Positions 25,494-40,278 of a DNA stretch of 64,000 nt are shown piece after piece. Below the pieces are notes generated by a model. The model saw nothing but the letters and a program-made list of their open reading frames with translations. It ran no database searches and was not told the DNA's origin. Source of the stretch: Eledone cirrhosa (Eukaryota); contig OZ024756.1 in the NCBI GenBank assembly GCA_964016885.1, positions 22,444,001-22,508,000 of the forward strand, written 5' to 3'. Every line of letters begins with the position of its first letter. The first letter of the stretch is position 1. A program made the position numbers and the translations under genes.

Positions 25494-27277
25494 AAAGAAT
25501 GAGAAATGAGAGATTGAGGGGACGGGTGGATTGAAATTGTAAAAAATGTCTTTAGATAAAAATAATAACAGGTCCATTCATGTTGAAATCTCTTGGAAAT
25601 ATATATATTTATCCCGGGTTCAATCAGGAGTAACCACAGCAAGTAAGGTACTCAATACATAGAGTATAAATATTTAATATAGAAATGGCTTCTACACGAC
25701 TAGAACTGTTTAATTCAGGAGAAATCATCACACACATATATATATATATATTTATTAAAATAACAGATTAAAGTTTAAGCAAAGAATCGCTGCTTTCACC
25801 CTTAACGGGATCTTCTGAAACTGTTTTAAGGGTGAAAGCAGCGATTCTTTGCTTAAACTTTAATCTGTTATTTTAATAAATATTTGCTCTACGGTTCTTA
25901 TATATTTGATATATATTTTCCTTATCGAGCCCTCTTTGGATTTTAGTCTTCAATTTTATTATTATTACTATATATATATATATATTACACATGTCTATAT
26001 ACACACACACATACATACATACATATAAGCATACAAGCGCACACTCACGTGTATGCGTGGTTGTTGCTCGACTACTTTTTATGATTTATATCTACAGAGA
26101 AAAGCTTCACATCAGGCGACAGTTTAATTTTGGTGGGGGACTATATTGCAAGAATAATTTTAAACTTTATGATATTGTAAACTAATATACACTATAAACA
26201 CTTTGGAGAGTAGAATAATGTTTAATATAAAATAAAATGAATTTCCCATTCCAAAATTACAGTTTAAAATTGAAGACATAAATGTTTTTCAAAATATTTC
26301 TGGCATTTAATCTGACAGAATATTTTTGTAAACATATTTTATATATATGTATTTATATATAAATAATGTAATACATTATTTCACGTACAATCTCATTCAT
26401 TTTAATTTAATCGTGATTTGACACGATAAACTCTCATGTATACTACATGTCACTAGTCATAATTAACTGCATAAACCTCGGGTTTATGAAATCATTCCTA
26501 AAAGCTATTTTTTGAAATTTAATTTTCGTATGGGAATTCTATTTCAAATATATATGGAAATATATTCTATATTTCAACATTTTCTTTTTCTATAGTTAAA
26601 ATTATCTTAAAAACAACATATTTATAAAACTACGTGTACCTTATGTATGTTTGTGTATCATTCTGTATATATCTATGTGTATATTTGTGTATGATTCTGT
26701 ATATCTGTATGTGTATATTTGTGTGTGAAGGAGCAATCTATAAGTGGTGAATTAGCTCTATATATGAAATACTTTATTTACATAATGTAACCATATTCCA
26801 TCGTAAAAAACACCATAATTTACACACCCCAAACGTGGTGAACCCGTTTGAATTCCACATTAAATATAAATGTGTAGGTATACATATGTAAATACAATAG
26901 CTGGCTTTGATTTTCCAAGTGCTTTGTTTAATCCTCAGTTTTATATCGTGAGTAGCTTTGGGCTTTTTCTGGATATTTATACGTGCATGTATTGTCTAAT
27001 AAAGGTCGTATTTACTTTATATATATGTTTGCCAAAAGTAAACGGACACCACAAAGCAAGGAATACAGTACAACAGAAAAATATATTGGTTTAACGCATG
27101 ATGTAGTAGGATAACTGACTTAAATTGTTGCGAAAGTAGTGCTTCATTAGAAAAAAGAAAGAGAAATAAAAAATGAAATAGAAATTTACAGAAAAATCAC
27201 GTGTGTGTTCCATATATATATATCTAGATAGATATATAGATACAGAAAGAGGTTTACATATGCACAGACACACACAC

Positions 27278-27308
<31 letters not shown>

Positions 27309-27367
27309 AGCATTCATAATACCAAGAAATAATTAACGTCGGCGTGAATGAGATTAGGAATTTATTT

Positions 27368-27478
27368 GCTTTAACATATGTTTCTGTGTCTATTATAATT
27401 GTCTACATATGCTGACTATAATATATATTGTTCAAGCATATGCAATACTTAACTATTTATTACACTTCATCGGAAAGC
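27368..27478 (-). ncRNA. Hammerhead with ~85-nt stem II and CCGATGA core
   Basis: GCTTT CCGATGA A GTGT ... ACAC A GAAA CATATG TT AAAGC; stem I GCTTT/AAAGC. Confidence 0.6.
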
Positions 27479-27532
27479 CTATAATAGTGGAAGACACTGT
27501 TCACTACTCGGTAGAATTCAATGGGATTTTCG

Positions 27533-27589
<57 letters not shown>

Positions 27590-27871
27590 CACTCACATAC
27601 ATGCATATATACGCACGCACACACGTGTGTGTCTGTGTTTATACCCATAAAGACCTAACCTAGGACACGCTTTAATGACTTTTGATGGAGACTATATTAC
27701 AAGAAAAATGTAGGCTTCATAATACTGTTAAATAATAATAATAATATAAACTATAAATACTTATTGTAGAATAATGTTTGATATGAAATAAAATTAGTTT
27801 TTCCATTCAAACATTTCAGATTAAAATTTAAGAGAAACGTTTTTTAAAATATTTGTGACACTTTATTTTGC

Positions 27872-27902
<31 letters not shown>

Positions 27903-27949
27903 TAGAGAGAGAGAACGAGAGAGAGAGAAAGAGAGAACGAGAGAGAAAG

Positions 27950-27980
<31 letters not shown>

Positions 27981-28001
27981 AAGAGAGAGAGAGAGGAAGA
28001 G

Positions 28002-28044
<43 letters not shown>

Positions 28045-28107
28045 AAGAGAGAAAGAGAGAAAGAGAGAAAGAGAGAAAGAGGGAGAGAGAGAGAGAGAGA
28101 ATGAGAA

Positions 28108-28170
<63 letters not shown>

Positions 28171-28268
28171 AAGAGATAAATCATAAGAAATAGAAAGAAA
28201 GAGATAAAGAAAGAGATAAAGAGAAAGAAAGAGATAAAGAGAAAGAAAGAGAAAGATAAAGAAAGAGA
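27872..28268. repeat. (GA)n/(GAAA)n tract
   Basis: Direct reading. Confidence 0.95.
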
Positions 28269-28437
28269 TATATTTACATAAACACAGTAAATATTTGCGG
28301 AAAGGAAACTTTAAATAAAAATATTATTTCTCCAGATAAATCCTTTGGACGATTTGTCATGTGACAATTCGTTCTGCAAAACAAACCAAAACAAAATAAA
28401 ATAACACGGGAAAAAAGGAAGGATATTTCGAACTTAC

Positions 28438-28502
28438 CTTTTTAGGAACTGATAAAAAATGCTTGTGTCTGTTGGTATTGGAACTTATGCTGTATGAACA
28501 GC
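28438..28502 (-). other. 65-nt internal exon, probably 5'UTR/non-coding
   Basis: Acceptor ttttttctttctctcaacag|GCTG, donor AAG|gtaagt; no ATG, two of three frames closed. Confidence 0.7.
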
Positions 28503-29380
28503 CTGTTGAGAGAAAGAAAAAAAACAGAAAATATATAAGGATTAGCTTGGGATATTAATTATAACCAGCAGAAAAACCACCCGAAAGGTGGTTTTTCTGT
28601 TCGTGTGCATATTGATATTGTACGCAAATATATACACGTGTAGATATGATATGTCAAATACAATCGTAATTGAGAATATGCACAGAAATTGAAGACTGAC
28701 TGTGTTACACACTCTTCTGCAATCAGTAAAGTAATCCATGATACATTTAAAAAAGACGATATTATATATAAATTGCATTAGGAGAAAATTAGCGACGGAA
28801 ATATATGAATGTTTTTATAAGCGATCACTAACCGGAAGTGTTGACATTTGAACATTTTTTAAAGAAGCAATAAAATTATATATATTTAATCAAGAATAAC
28901 GAAATTTAGTAGATAAATTATGTAATATTCATTCATTATTTATTCAAAGTAATCCAACTTATTTTACAAACGGGATAAAAAATATATATTCTGGACGCAG
29001 TCCCGCACTCCTTACTTTATTATAGTTTAGATATGTAAAATATTTTGAAAAGCTACAGATCAATTCCTATATAGTCCATATACAAACATACTATATACTA
29101 CACACACACACTATATATACACTCATACATACTATACAATATTTGTGGTAACTCTATAGGCAATGAATACAACCACAAGGATATGGTCCCTACGTGGAAG
29201 AGCCGAACTCCCACTTTCAAATGCCTCCATCTGTCATCCTCCCCATCTCTGTATGGTGAGCAAATGGGATCCCACGTGCTGGCCTCCCCACAGCTCCGGC
29301 AGACAGAGGCACAGTTTATGGAAACTAGCAAAGCAATCTATTCAATCCATGACGTATATGTAAATATTAAAAACAATTTA

Positions 29381-29598
29381 ATGGTTTTTTATATAGGCAC
29401 AAGGCCAGCAATTTTGAGGGGAGGAGAAAGTCATTTAAATCGACCCCAGTGCGTGGCTAGTACTTTATTTTATCAACCCCGTAAGGATGAAAGGCAAATT
29501 AATCTCAGCGGGATTTGTACTCAGATCATAAAGGGCTGTAACTCGATGCTACAAAGCATGGCATCCGACCCTCTACCGATACTGCCAATCCACCGCCC
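29381..29598 (-). mobile_element. Major SINE copy, full length
   Basis: Complete head and body. Confidence 0.9.
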
Positions 29599-30727
29599 AT
29601 TAAAAACAACTTAATAGAAAAAGAAAAAATAGACCGAGAAGACAATAGAATGTAAAATAAGAAAATATAAGAAAATATAAATAAAACAGTAAATGTAAGG
29701 GAAAAGCAAGGTGCTCTAGTATCACAGAAGCGTGGGGAAGGGGGAAGGGAGAGAGTGATAGCGTCTGGGCATAGGGCGCGGTGGTATTAGGGCTGCGACC
29801 AAGACCGCAAAACCATTCCCGCGGACTATGGCCAGCGACACCCGCTGCAACAGTCACCACACCTCGCGAGGCTCCTTCCACAGACGGACCGCTGACGTTC
29901 CCATCTCGAGTTTAAGGAATGCGACAATTGGTGGAATGAATGCGACAATTGCTGGAATTGTAGTAGCAAGACCCTCCTGACATTTTGTTGTGTTCTGGTC
30001 CTTCAAAGTTAGTGCAGCCCATTCTTATCCACGTCTGAACAAAACTGATTTCTATCAGAAATATATTTCAAACTGTGAGAGAAGTAGCAGAGGAAAAGCC
30101 CCCAATTACTTGAATTTTATATATGGACCTTTGAAGAATGAATGGTAATCTTGACCTCTGTAGTATTTTATCTCAGTCAGAGTGCAGAGAACCGAAACAA
30201 ATATCGATCACAAAAACTTCTATTCTATGTTCTAATTACTCTAGAAATTCACTTCTTTTGTTACAATACAAGGGAAGACAAAATATATAATATAATATTC
30301 TACAAACTAAGCTGGAACAAAAGGAATATGATGCTCTCGTCACGATTGGAAAGTCTTTGATCATAGATCGGGTCGACCTCAGCAAAGATAAGGGTTAAAC
30401 CACAATAAAGAACTTTCACGAAGCTTTGAATGTAAATAAGGATAAAACAACAGAGAAAATATCAATAGTTAAAAGAACAAATGTCCATATTACGCTAATA
30501 ACTAGAGAAAATTATTGTAATCAAATAGAGAAAGCATCATTATATAAGCATTAACATAAATGGTTCATAAAATACCCAAAGGAGAGAATTTCCATTCTGA
30601 TACAAATAAATTATAAAACTCGAGATCTGTTTTGATAATAAAATAAACAATAGCAAAAGCGAAATGAAAAAAAAAAAAAAAAAAAAACATTTTAGAAAAA
30701 AAAGAAATATAAATAAATAAATGATAA

Positions 30728-30948
30728 TAATTGATTCTACTTTTGGCACAAGGCCATCAATTTGAAGGGAAAGGGGAATGTCGATTAAATCGACACCAGT
30801 GCATTACTGGTACTTTATTTTATCGACATCGTAAGGATGAAAGGTAAAGTTAATCTCGGCAGGATTTCAACTCAGATCATAAAGGGCCATAACTATGATG
30901 CAAAGCATGGTGGCTGACGCTGTACCGATACTGCCAATCCACCGCCCT
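30728..30948 (-). mobile_element. Major SINE copy, full length
   Basis: Complete head and body. Confidence 0.9.
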
Positions 30949-31361
30949 CAATCCAATGATAATAACAATTATTGGATTGACAATAGAATCGGTTAAGCAT
31001 CGGACACCATAGGCTCTGCTGTATTTCGGGCTGAGGAGAGTAAACTCAGCATACAGGTTTCTGATTGAGTCCGTAGCAGTGGAGACTTCTCGAAGTCCTT
31101 GGCCCTCGGGCCACCTCCCTGCTCACCTCCATCAGCAAGGAGTTCGCTGCGAGGCAGCCAGTGCGTAGGTCCCCATTTGCTCAGATTAGGGAGAGCAGGA
31201 GAGGCGGAGGCAGTGACAGTGGAAGTTTGGTTCTTTTGTGTTCTTACCTGGTGGATATATATATGTTTCACAGACAGACACTCATGTATATATATAACAC
31301 CGTTAACACATAAAAAGTCTGTAACCCCTTGGAAGTTTGTAGTTGTCAGATTTACTTCATG

Positions 31362-31458
31362 TCTCAAAGCTGCATTTCTCTGCAGTCAGAGCCCATGTTT
31401 CACTAACACCCAGCATCGCACTTCAAACACGGGTGTCATAGAGTCGTCCTTTTGCACG
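31362..31458 (-). mobile_element. RTE LINE fragment
   Basis: RAKGRLYDTRV*SAMLGVSETWALTAE matches the RTE KGxLY..CVRSAMLxGSETW motif. Confidence 0.65.
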
Positions 31459-32099
31459 TAGGAAGAAAACGATTTGTGGTTTTCCTGTTTCTTCTACAAC
31501 AACTACAACGGTACGCGATGGGGCCCACCCACAGCCCCGGCGGACAGAATGGAGAAGGCGTTTTCCGCGAGGACGGCAAGGGAGACGCGCTAGAAAAGCC
31601 ACTCCAACTCACGGGGCTCACAGCTGCGACTGGCCAGCTCAGTGCCTATGGTGGTGAGTAAGGAGGTATCCATGGGGCCGAGGACACCAGAAGTCTCCAC
31701 TGCCAGGGGTACGACCGCAACAGTGGGTGTAGCTCCCTGAACTTTTTTCCTTCTAACCTTATTCTAACTATTATGCTCTCAGATCACAATATGTAAACTA
31801 CTTCTTTGACAACATCAACATAATGTTTTCTGATTTAGGCACAAACCCAACAATTTGGCTATTCATGTGTTTATGTATACATACAAACCTCCACCCTTTA
31901 CCGACATGTATACATACAAATATATTCGCGCCAAAACAATGAACTCACACGGCTTCTAGTATATGTGCATATATGTATAAAAAATTAGAATTTTATTTCT
32001 CGCCATATCATAGCTGATACAAATATGTAAGTATGCATACGTACGCACACAGATACACACACAGACATATACATATATCTACGTATATAACCAATACGT

Positions 32100-32812
32100 A
32101 TATATGTGTATGTGCATATAAATATATGTGTGTGTATATATATATATGTGTGTGTGTATATATATATATATGTGTGTGTATATATATATATATATATGTG
32201 TGTGTATATATATATATATGTGTGTATATATATATATATATGTGTGTATATATATGTGTGTGTATATATATATATATATATGTGTGTATATATATATATA
32301 TGTGTGTGTGTATATATATATATATGTGTGTGTATATATATATATATGTGTGTGTGTATATATATATATATATGTGTGTATATATATATATATATGTGTG
32401 TATATATATATGTGTGTGTATATATATATATATATATGTGTGTATATATATATATATGTGTGTGTATATATATATATATATGTGTGTGTATATATATATA
32501 TATGTGTGTGTATATATATATATGTGTGTGTATATATATATATATGTGTGTGTATATATATATATATATGTGTGTGTATATATATATATATATGTGTGTG
32601 TATATATATATATATATGTGTGTATATATATATATATGTGTGTATATATATATATATGTGTGTATATATATATATATGTGTGTGTGTATATATATATATA
32701 TGTGTGTGTGTATATATATATATGTGTGTATATATATATATATATGTGTGTGTTTATAAATATATGTGTGTGTATATATGTATGTGTACGTATGTATACT
32801 TACACACACACG

Positions 32813-32861
<49 letters not shown>

Positions 32862-33027
32862 TGAAGTACAAACTTGTTGTCCATGAGCACTATTCCCGCC
32901 AGACGAGTTATGTATAAATAGTTACAACAGCAACATATACAGATACTTAAGTTTCGTTGGTTTTAACATTAAATCATTCGGGCTGCCATATAGTGATACC
33001 ACTCTTGTATCTATATATATATGTATA

Positions 33028-33094
<67 letters not shown>

Positions 33095-33127
33095 TTATAT
33101 ATATGTATATATATATATATATCTATG

Positions 33128-33208
<81 letters not shown>

Positions 33209-33310
33209 GTATATGTATATATATGTATATGTATATATATATGTATATGTATATATATATGTATATGTATATATATATAGAGAGATATATATAGATATAT
33301 ATATAGAGAG
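32100..33310. repeat. Alternating (TA)m(TG)n and (TA)n fields
   Basis: Direct reading; one unique island at 32861-33008. Confidence 0.95.
32940..32985 (-). ncRNA. Hammerhead-like motif with extended core CCGAATGA
   Basis: CAGC CCGAATGA ... AAC GAAA CTTAAG TA TCTG; palindromic stem III; stem II weak. Confidence 0.45.
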
Positions 33311-33426
33311 ATATGGTACTGCAATACAACGTAACACAGGATCATAAACAATATGTCTGCCATAAATAATCTTTCTATTTTCCAGAATGTATACTCACGC
33401 ACAACCCAATTCACGTAATTACAGAC

Positions 33427-33473
<47 letters not shown>

Positions 33474-34139
33474 GGCAACACTATCTGAGAAATATATATA
33501 TATAAATGACAACACTATCTGAGAAATATATATATATATATATATAAATGGCAACACTGAGAAAAAAAAAAAAATATATATATATATATATATAAACGGA
33601 AACACTATCTGAGAAATTTGGATCGTATATATTGTTTGTATACCTAGTCTGATGTCTACTGATATCAATTATCTCATGCTAAAGCCTGACAACGAATAAA
33701 TATGTAAACAACAAATGTTTCACTATTATATATATTTACTGAAAGGAGATATACATTTATCGTTGTACGGTTTTAATATACATATACATGCATTTATACG
33801 TGATAGATATGTGATAGATATTTGTATAACTGCGTTTGTGTTTGTCTGGTTTTGTGTTATATATGGAAGGATAAAGATCCCATAACTCCATGTGGAATCG
33901 TAGAGGCGCCGTCATATGGCATGTCTAGGGCATTTATAAACCTGGTGGAGCCCAGGTCTGAACGATTTTCTTTCTATAGAGGAAGAATCGGCCCAAGTTC
34001 TCGACTGGCACTTGTTTTATCGCCCTCGAAAGGATGAGGGGCAAAGTTAACCACGGCGAGATCTGAGCTCAGAGCGCGCAATTAGGTGGGACATAACTTA
34101 TAGAAACTCACGAAGCGTATTATGCACACACACATACAT

Positions 34140-34170
<31 letters not shown>

Positions 34171-34389
34171 AAAAATTCACATTAAGGTTTTTATGACCGT
34201 TTGATAGATGGGTTGTTCAGGATCTATGTTAATGCTACAGACCCGCCGTCAGCCCTAATCTGCTCTTCATACTTGTTAATCAAGCAAATCCAAAATATCA
34301 GCTGGCATCCGATCCCAAACGATGTACACAAACAATTGTAATAAATTGTGTATGTCTATGTGTACAGAGACATGAGGAAATGAATGAAA

Positions 34390-34775
34390 ACAGACACATA
34401 TCATTTTAAAGCAAGTTTGACTAAGGCAACTGGAGAGAAGAGATAATATGTAACTAGACAAACGTCTCCTAAATAGCTCCTTTTAATTGTTTCGTCAGTT
34501 GGAATTTCCCCGGGTCGCGCTTGTGTTACATATTTGATATAACAACTGTTACGTTTTTCCCAACAATTGATATGAGGACACAAAACGAAAGTAAATAATT
34601 ATATGTTAAAACACTAACCTTCAAAACGTGTAAAAACCGACCATATTTATATACAGTTAAGACTTTAGACTGATCTAGAATGTGCATGCATGTCATAGCC
34701 TGCTTGGACAATAATAGTTTCGCCCAATGAGTGATTCTTTTTGTCCTAGTCTCGACCAATCCATTTAGCATGCCA
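34390..34775 (-). pseudogene. Possible Tc1/mariner transposase remnant
   Basis: KWIGR and S..LNCI*IWSV resemble WIGR...SPDLNxIENxW; heavily frameshifted. Confidence 0.3.
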
Positions 34776-34814
34776 AATTATGCACATATCTCAAGTGAAG
34801 TTTTCTTGACACGA

Positions 34815-34930
34815 TTAGTTCAAATCCCGCCAAGGTTGACTTTGCCTTTCATCCTTACGGGGTCGATAAAATAAAGTACCAGTAATGCACTGGGTAATTT
34901 GCTTGCCTTGTGCCTAAAGTAGAAACAATT
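34815..34930 (+). mobile_element. Major SINE copy, 5' truncated
   Basis: B-box to tail. Confidence 0.9.
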
Positions 34931-34982
34931 ATTTCATATTCGTATTTTAAAACTTTCAAATGGTCATCTCTCTCTCTCTCTC

Positions 34983-35050
<68 letters not shown>

Positions 35051-35297
35051 TAATTTAATATATCAACTAACATAAGCGCACAGATGCACGCCCATGCCAG
35101 CAAATACACAGGTTATGTCATAGTACCTAGGTGGTTCAATGCAGGAGAATGCAGAACAATAATATAAAGGACGTAAAATAAGAAAATATTTTTTTTTTTA
35201 AATTTAAAAAAAATTTTTTTTTTTTTTTTTTTTCCTTACTTAAATAAAAAATTTTTTTAAATTTTTTTAAAAAAATATTTTCTTATTTTACGTCCTT

Positions 35298-35399
<102 letters not shown>

Positions 35400-35524
35400 T
35401 CAGGACCCCGACGGCTGAACTCCTGACTCTTTTCCTATTACCCACTCTACTAACCTAAGTATCGAGTACTCTGGTGCGTGATGCCCCACCTAGTACCTTG
35501 CCACACTTTCTTTGTTATGTATAT

Positions 35525-35799
35525 ATATTGTTATACTTGGGGAGGGTCATATTGTTTTAATAATATTGCCAGAAACAATAACAGAACACACTCACTGTTT
35601 GGTTGGGTTTCGCTTCCATATCTTTTATACCTCCATAGTTAATTTATTTGGCAATCGACGTTTATCTTTGAGTGACCAACGGTTAAAAATACAGATATAA
35701 ATATATATATATAGTCTATCAAAGTTCTTTCGTTGCAACATCTTCAGTGGTACTATTATGTTTCCTCCCGTTGTATTATATGTCTACGCCATTTTTATT

Positions 35800-35800
<1 letters not shown>
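35525..35800 (-). mobile_element. Family C terminus with hammerhead (35717-35752)
   Basis: TACCA CTGAAGA T GTTGCAAC GAAA GAAC TT TGATA; stem II loop collapsed. Confidence 0.7.
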
Positions 35801-35855
<55 letters not shown>

Positions 35856-36075
35856 GGAAAAATATAATGAATAAACGCACCTGGTATATATGCAAGACAA
35901 ACCACAACAGAAACACAAACTCTCCATCACAATTTTACTTTTGAAAGTCATAAGGACTGTGAAACCGGTAAAGAAAATAAAGAAATATTCTCAAAATACT
36001 CCAGTTACATTTTCAATTTCTTTTCCTTATATAACGTAATCTGTATAGAACATTTCCTAACGTCCACACTGTTCT

Positions 36076-36116
<41 letters not shown>

Positions 36117-36330
36117 AGTGAACAGCACAATATATAACTACTTGATTTCCAAAGATTTGAGGACTAGATCGTTCATCAGGAACGATCTAGTCGTATATTA
36201 ATATTGTCTGAGGTCCTGAAACCTTTGGTAATGGAGTAGTTATATATTGTGTTGTTCGCTTTCTAATTAAATAGCTCTGTTCTATACATGGAGCATTCTT
36301 TTTTCCTTTGCTTTTTCTTCGGAAATACCT

Positions 36331-36406
<76 letters not shown>

Positions 36407-38759
36407 AACGAGAACACGTTTGTGGCCTGTCCTTCGTGCCGCTGTTTATTTCCATGCCATTCCTCGCTGTTTATTTCCATGCCATTCCTGATAGGACGGT
36501 TATATCATGAATATCAGACATGGGCATAATTTCGTATGCTTAAAACTATATTTTGTCTCCCAGTAAACACTCATGCATGATCCCGAAAATCCTTAGGGAG
36601 TTTTAGGGTCGCTGTACTGATATATGGAGTTTTCTACGGCATTTTAAAACCTAGTGGAACCCATCTACTTCCCTGGTCTGAATAAAACCGATTTCTTCCA
36701 GAGATGGATAGAAAGAGAGAAAGGGGTAGTGAGAAAGAGACATAGAGGAAAAACTAACCCTGGTACTAGACTGGTTCTTTTTGGATCAACCTCGAATGAA
36801 AGCCAAAGTTGACCTCGGCACGATTTGAACTTAGAGAGTAGATTGCCGAAACAAATCCCGTAAAGTATTCTAGCTAACGTCCTAACTATTCTGCCAATTC
36901 ATCATGTATCTTTTAATACATCTTTATCTTTTGAAAATTATTCAGGTGTAAAAGGAGAATGTGGCTGCTGTTTCTAGATTATCTAGCAACCAAGTAAAGA
37001 CTCCCATTATGGAAGACGAACTGAATTACAATCTACCGGAGACATATATGTTGATACAATAATAAATACATATTACATATATTCAGAAACATATTATTTC
37101 AAGATATATGCCCCGAGTTGTATATAATTCAGTTACTGTATATAATTATATATTAAATTATATATTACTCTAAGCATGAAACTTATTGAATTCCTTGCTA
37201 AATATGTCTCAGAGAATAGATTCATGTTGTATTTCTGTCATGTATTAATAATATATAGATTAAGGTTGGGAATTCGTCCAAATAGGTTAACTCACTATGC
37301 TGCAGTATATATCTATATTTAATTTCGAATTCAAAAGAAACATTATCTCAGTGTTTCTATGTCGTTGTTTTAGTCATTATTTCGGTGAGTGTTATAACGT
37401 TCGAGTTCACTATGAATTTATTTTAAATTAGTACCAAGTGGGGGAATGGTCTGCTTGTATTAATGCTTCCGAATAATAATGCACCCAGCTACACATATGT
37501 GCATGCCCTTTATAAGCCCAGTACTGAATTTATATGGTCTGTATAAGGTTTTTAATTTAACATACAGTATATTGTCAAATATACTATATATGCTCATGTA
37601 TACATCGCTATTTCAGAGCACCAATACTAAAATCCATTTTTTGCTGGACCGTCAAGCGCTCTGTTTAATCAGCCCTTAAATATTACTGGAATTCTATAAG
37701 AATCCAGCTTCTATAACTCTCGGCAGAAACAAAGGAGTGTGTCGTCTTGACAAGCACTAACGAGCGAGAAATAGGACTGTCGATCACTCTTCTGTGTGTG
37801 GGTGTGTGCGTGCGCTTGCGTGCGTGTGCGTGCGTGCGTGTGCATGTGCGTGGGTTTTACACCTTTATGTTTGTGTTTCCAGACGAGAAATAATAAAATT
37901 CTCAGTATATAGAGGAGCTCTTATAATTTCTATGTTGTCACACTACTGCTACTCAGAGAGTTTTTAATGCAACAGATTGCACTGTAATCTATGTGTGTGT
38001 GTATGTGTGTCTTTGTATGTACATATGTATGTATATGGTCGGGTCGTCGGCGACTAAACCATCTACTCCACCAAGATTGCTAGGTGAGGAGGGTGATATT
38101 TCGACACACTGCAGGATGGAATACAAGACCCGCCAAAGGGCGGAGGAACTCAGCAGAGTCAACGGCTATCCAAATAGTACTTTTTTTTCACCTGGGAGTG
38201 AAAGGCCCCCAGTTGTTGTCACAACATCTTTCTAGGAGACGGAATATCTGGAAAAAAAAACCTGCGGCTTCGGAAGCATCCGATGATGTTGACCAGTTCT
38301 CCTTTTAGGGTAGTGTTTTCGATGCTCAGAGAGTGGGATTAGTTGAGTGCAAGGCCTTTCTCCTCTTAAAAAACCTTCAAAGCACAGGCATTGCTTGTTC
38401 AGGATCTGTTATAGGTTTGTGAAGCTGACTACAGCATAAAAGTGCACTATTTTCTGTAATCTGACAAGCGATTGCAATACTCTTAGCAGAGTTTGCAGCC
38501 ATCATTTGTATGTATATGTATATGTATATGTATATGTACATGTATATATGGGTGTATGTGTGTGTGTATATATATGTATATAGGTGTATATGTATTTATG
38601 TATACATGTACATATCTATTTATATAGGGAGTATGTATATATGTATATATATATATATGTATATGTATGTGCATGTGTGTATGTAAATGTGTCTATTCAT
38701 ATATATACATGTTTCTATGTAGGTATGTGTGTCTATGCATATGTTTCTATGTATGTATG

Positions 38760-38811
38760 TATATGAGTCTATACATATATTTCCAGATATAATTGTTGTG
38801 TCTATGCATAC

Positions 38812-38857
<46 letters not shown>

Positions 38858-38906
38858 GAGTCTATAGATATATTTTTAGATATATATGTTGCGTGTCTAT
38901 GCATAC

Positions 38907-38960
<54 letters not shown>

Positions 38961-39009
38961 GAGTCTATAGATATATTTCTAGATATATATGTTGCGTGTC
39001 TATGCATAC

Positions 39010-39071
<62 letters not shown>

Positions 39072-39123
39072 GAGTCTATAGATATATTTATAGACATATA
39101 TGCTGTGTGTCTATGCATACGCT

Positions 39124-39172
<49 letters not shown>

Positions 39173-39235
39173 GTATGTGAGTCTATAGATATATTTCTAG
39201 ATATATATGTTGCGTTTCTATGCATACGTTTCTAT
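38760..39235. repeat. (TA)n-punctuated array of a ~58-bp unit
   Basis: GTATGTGAGTCTATAGATATATTTCTAGATATATATGTTGCGTGTCTATGCATACGTTT, five copies including a diverged first one. Confidence 0.9.
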
Positions 39236-39535
39236 ATATATGCTAACACTTTTATGATATATACTTCCATATAATTATATTCTAATGCACTATAATTTGC
39301 ATCTCATTCGTCTATAAAATAAAACATCTACCCTGAAAACAACTAACGGGTGGCATTCTTATATATGACGTCATAAACTGCATTGCTTGGCGTTCTTTAT
39401 ATCATTATCATGAAATTGGTAAAGTTTAAGGTTATATACTCAACATGGAGATTAGCGAGATAGCAGAAATGGAATCGAAACCTGCGCATTTCAGAGGTAC
39501 TACTGATTTTCTACTAGTCAGTGGTGTGGCTGATA

Positions 39536-39536
39536 G

Positions 39537-39574
<38 letters not shown>

Positions 39575-39575
39575 T

Positions 39576-39622
<47 letters not shown>

Positions 39623-39726
39623 ATATTGCTGCTACTACTGCTACTACTACTACTACTACTATTACTACTACTAATATTGCTGCTACTACTGCTACTGCTA
39701 CTACTACTACTGCTGCTGCTGCTCTG

Positions 39727-39765
<39 letters not shown>

Positions 39766-39984
39766 ATAATAATAATAATAATATTGCTGCTGCTACTACT
39801 GTTACTACTACTACTACTACTACTACTGCTGCTCTGCTACTACTACTACTACTACTAATAGTGCTGCTACTACTGCTACTACTACTACTACTACTACTAT
39901 TACTACTACTAATATTGCTGCTACTACTGCTACTACTACTACTACTACTATTACTACTACTAATATTGCTGCTACTACTGCTAG

Positions 39985-40027
<43 letters not shown>

Positions 40028-40066
40028 GCTGCTGCTCTGTTACTACTACTACTACTAATATTGCTG

Positions 40067-40133
<67 letters not shown>

Positions 40134-40213
40134 ACTGCTACTATTGCTGCTACTACAGCATCTACTACCACTACTACTACTACTGCTGGTGATGAGGTTG
40201 TTGCTACTGATAC

Positions 40214-40278
<65 letters not shown>

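Larger units (their letters stand above)
29180..31745. repeat. Cluster of GC-rich repeat fragments (29180-29315 +, 29700-29910 -, 31010-31225 -, 31510-31745 +)
   Basis: Shared TGAGCAAATGGG, CCCACAGCYCCGGCRGACAGA, and AGAAGTCTCCACTGC (31690) inverted at ~31077. Confidence 0.55.

Noticed and set aside
31985-33414. Long YI/CV/HT-repeat ORFs, here and at 8133-9333 and 52349-54133
   Set aside because: Dinucleotide repeats lack stop codons in most frames; no coding signal.
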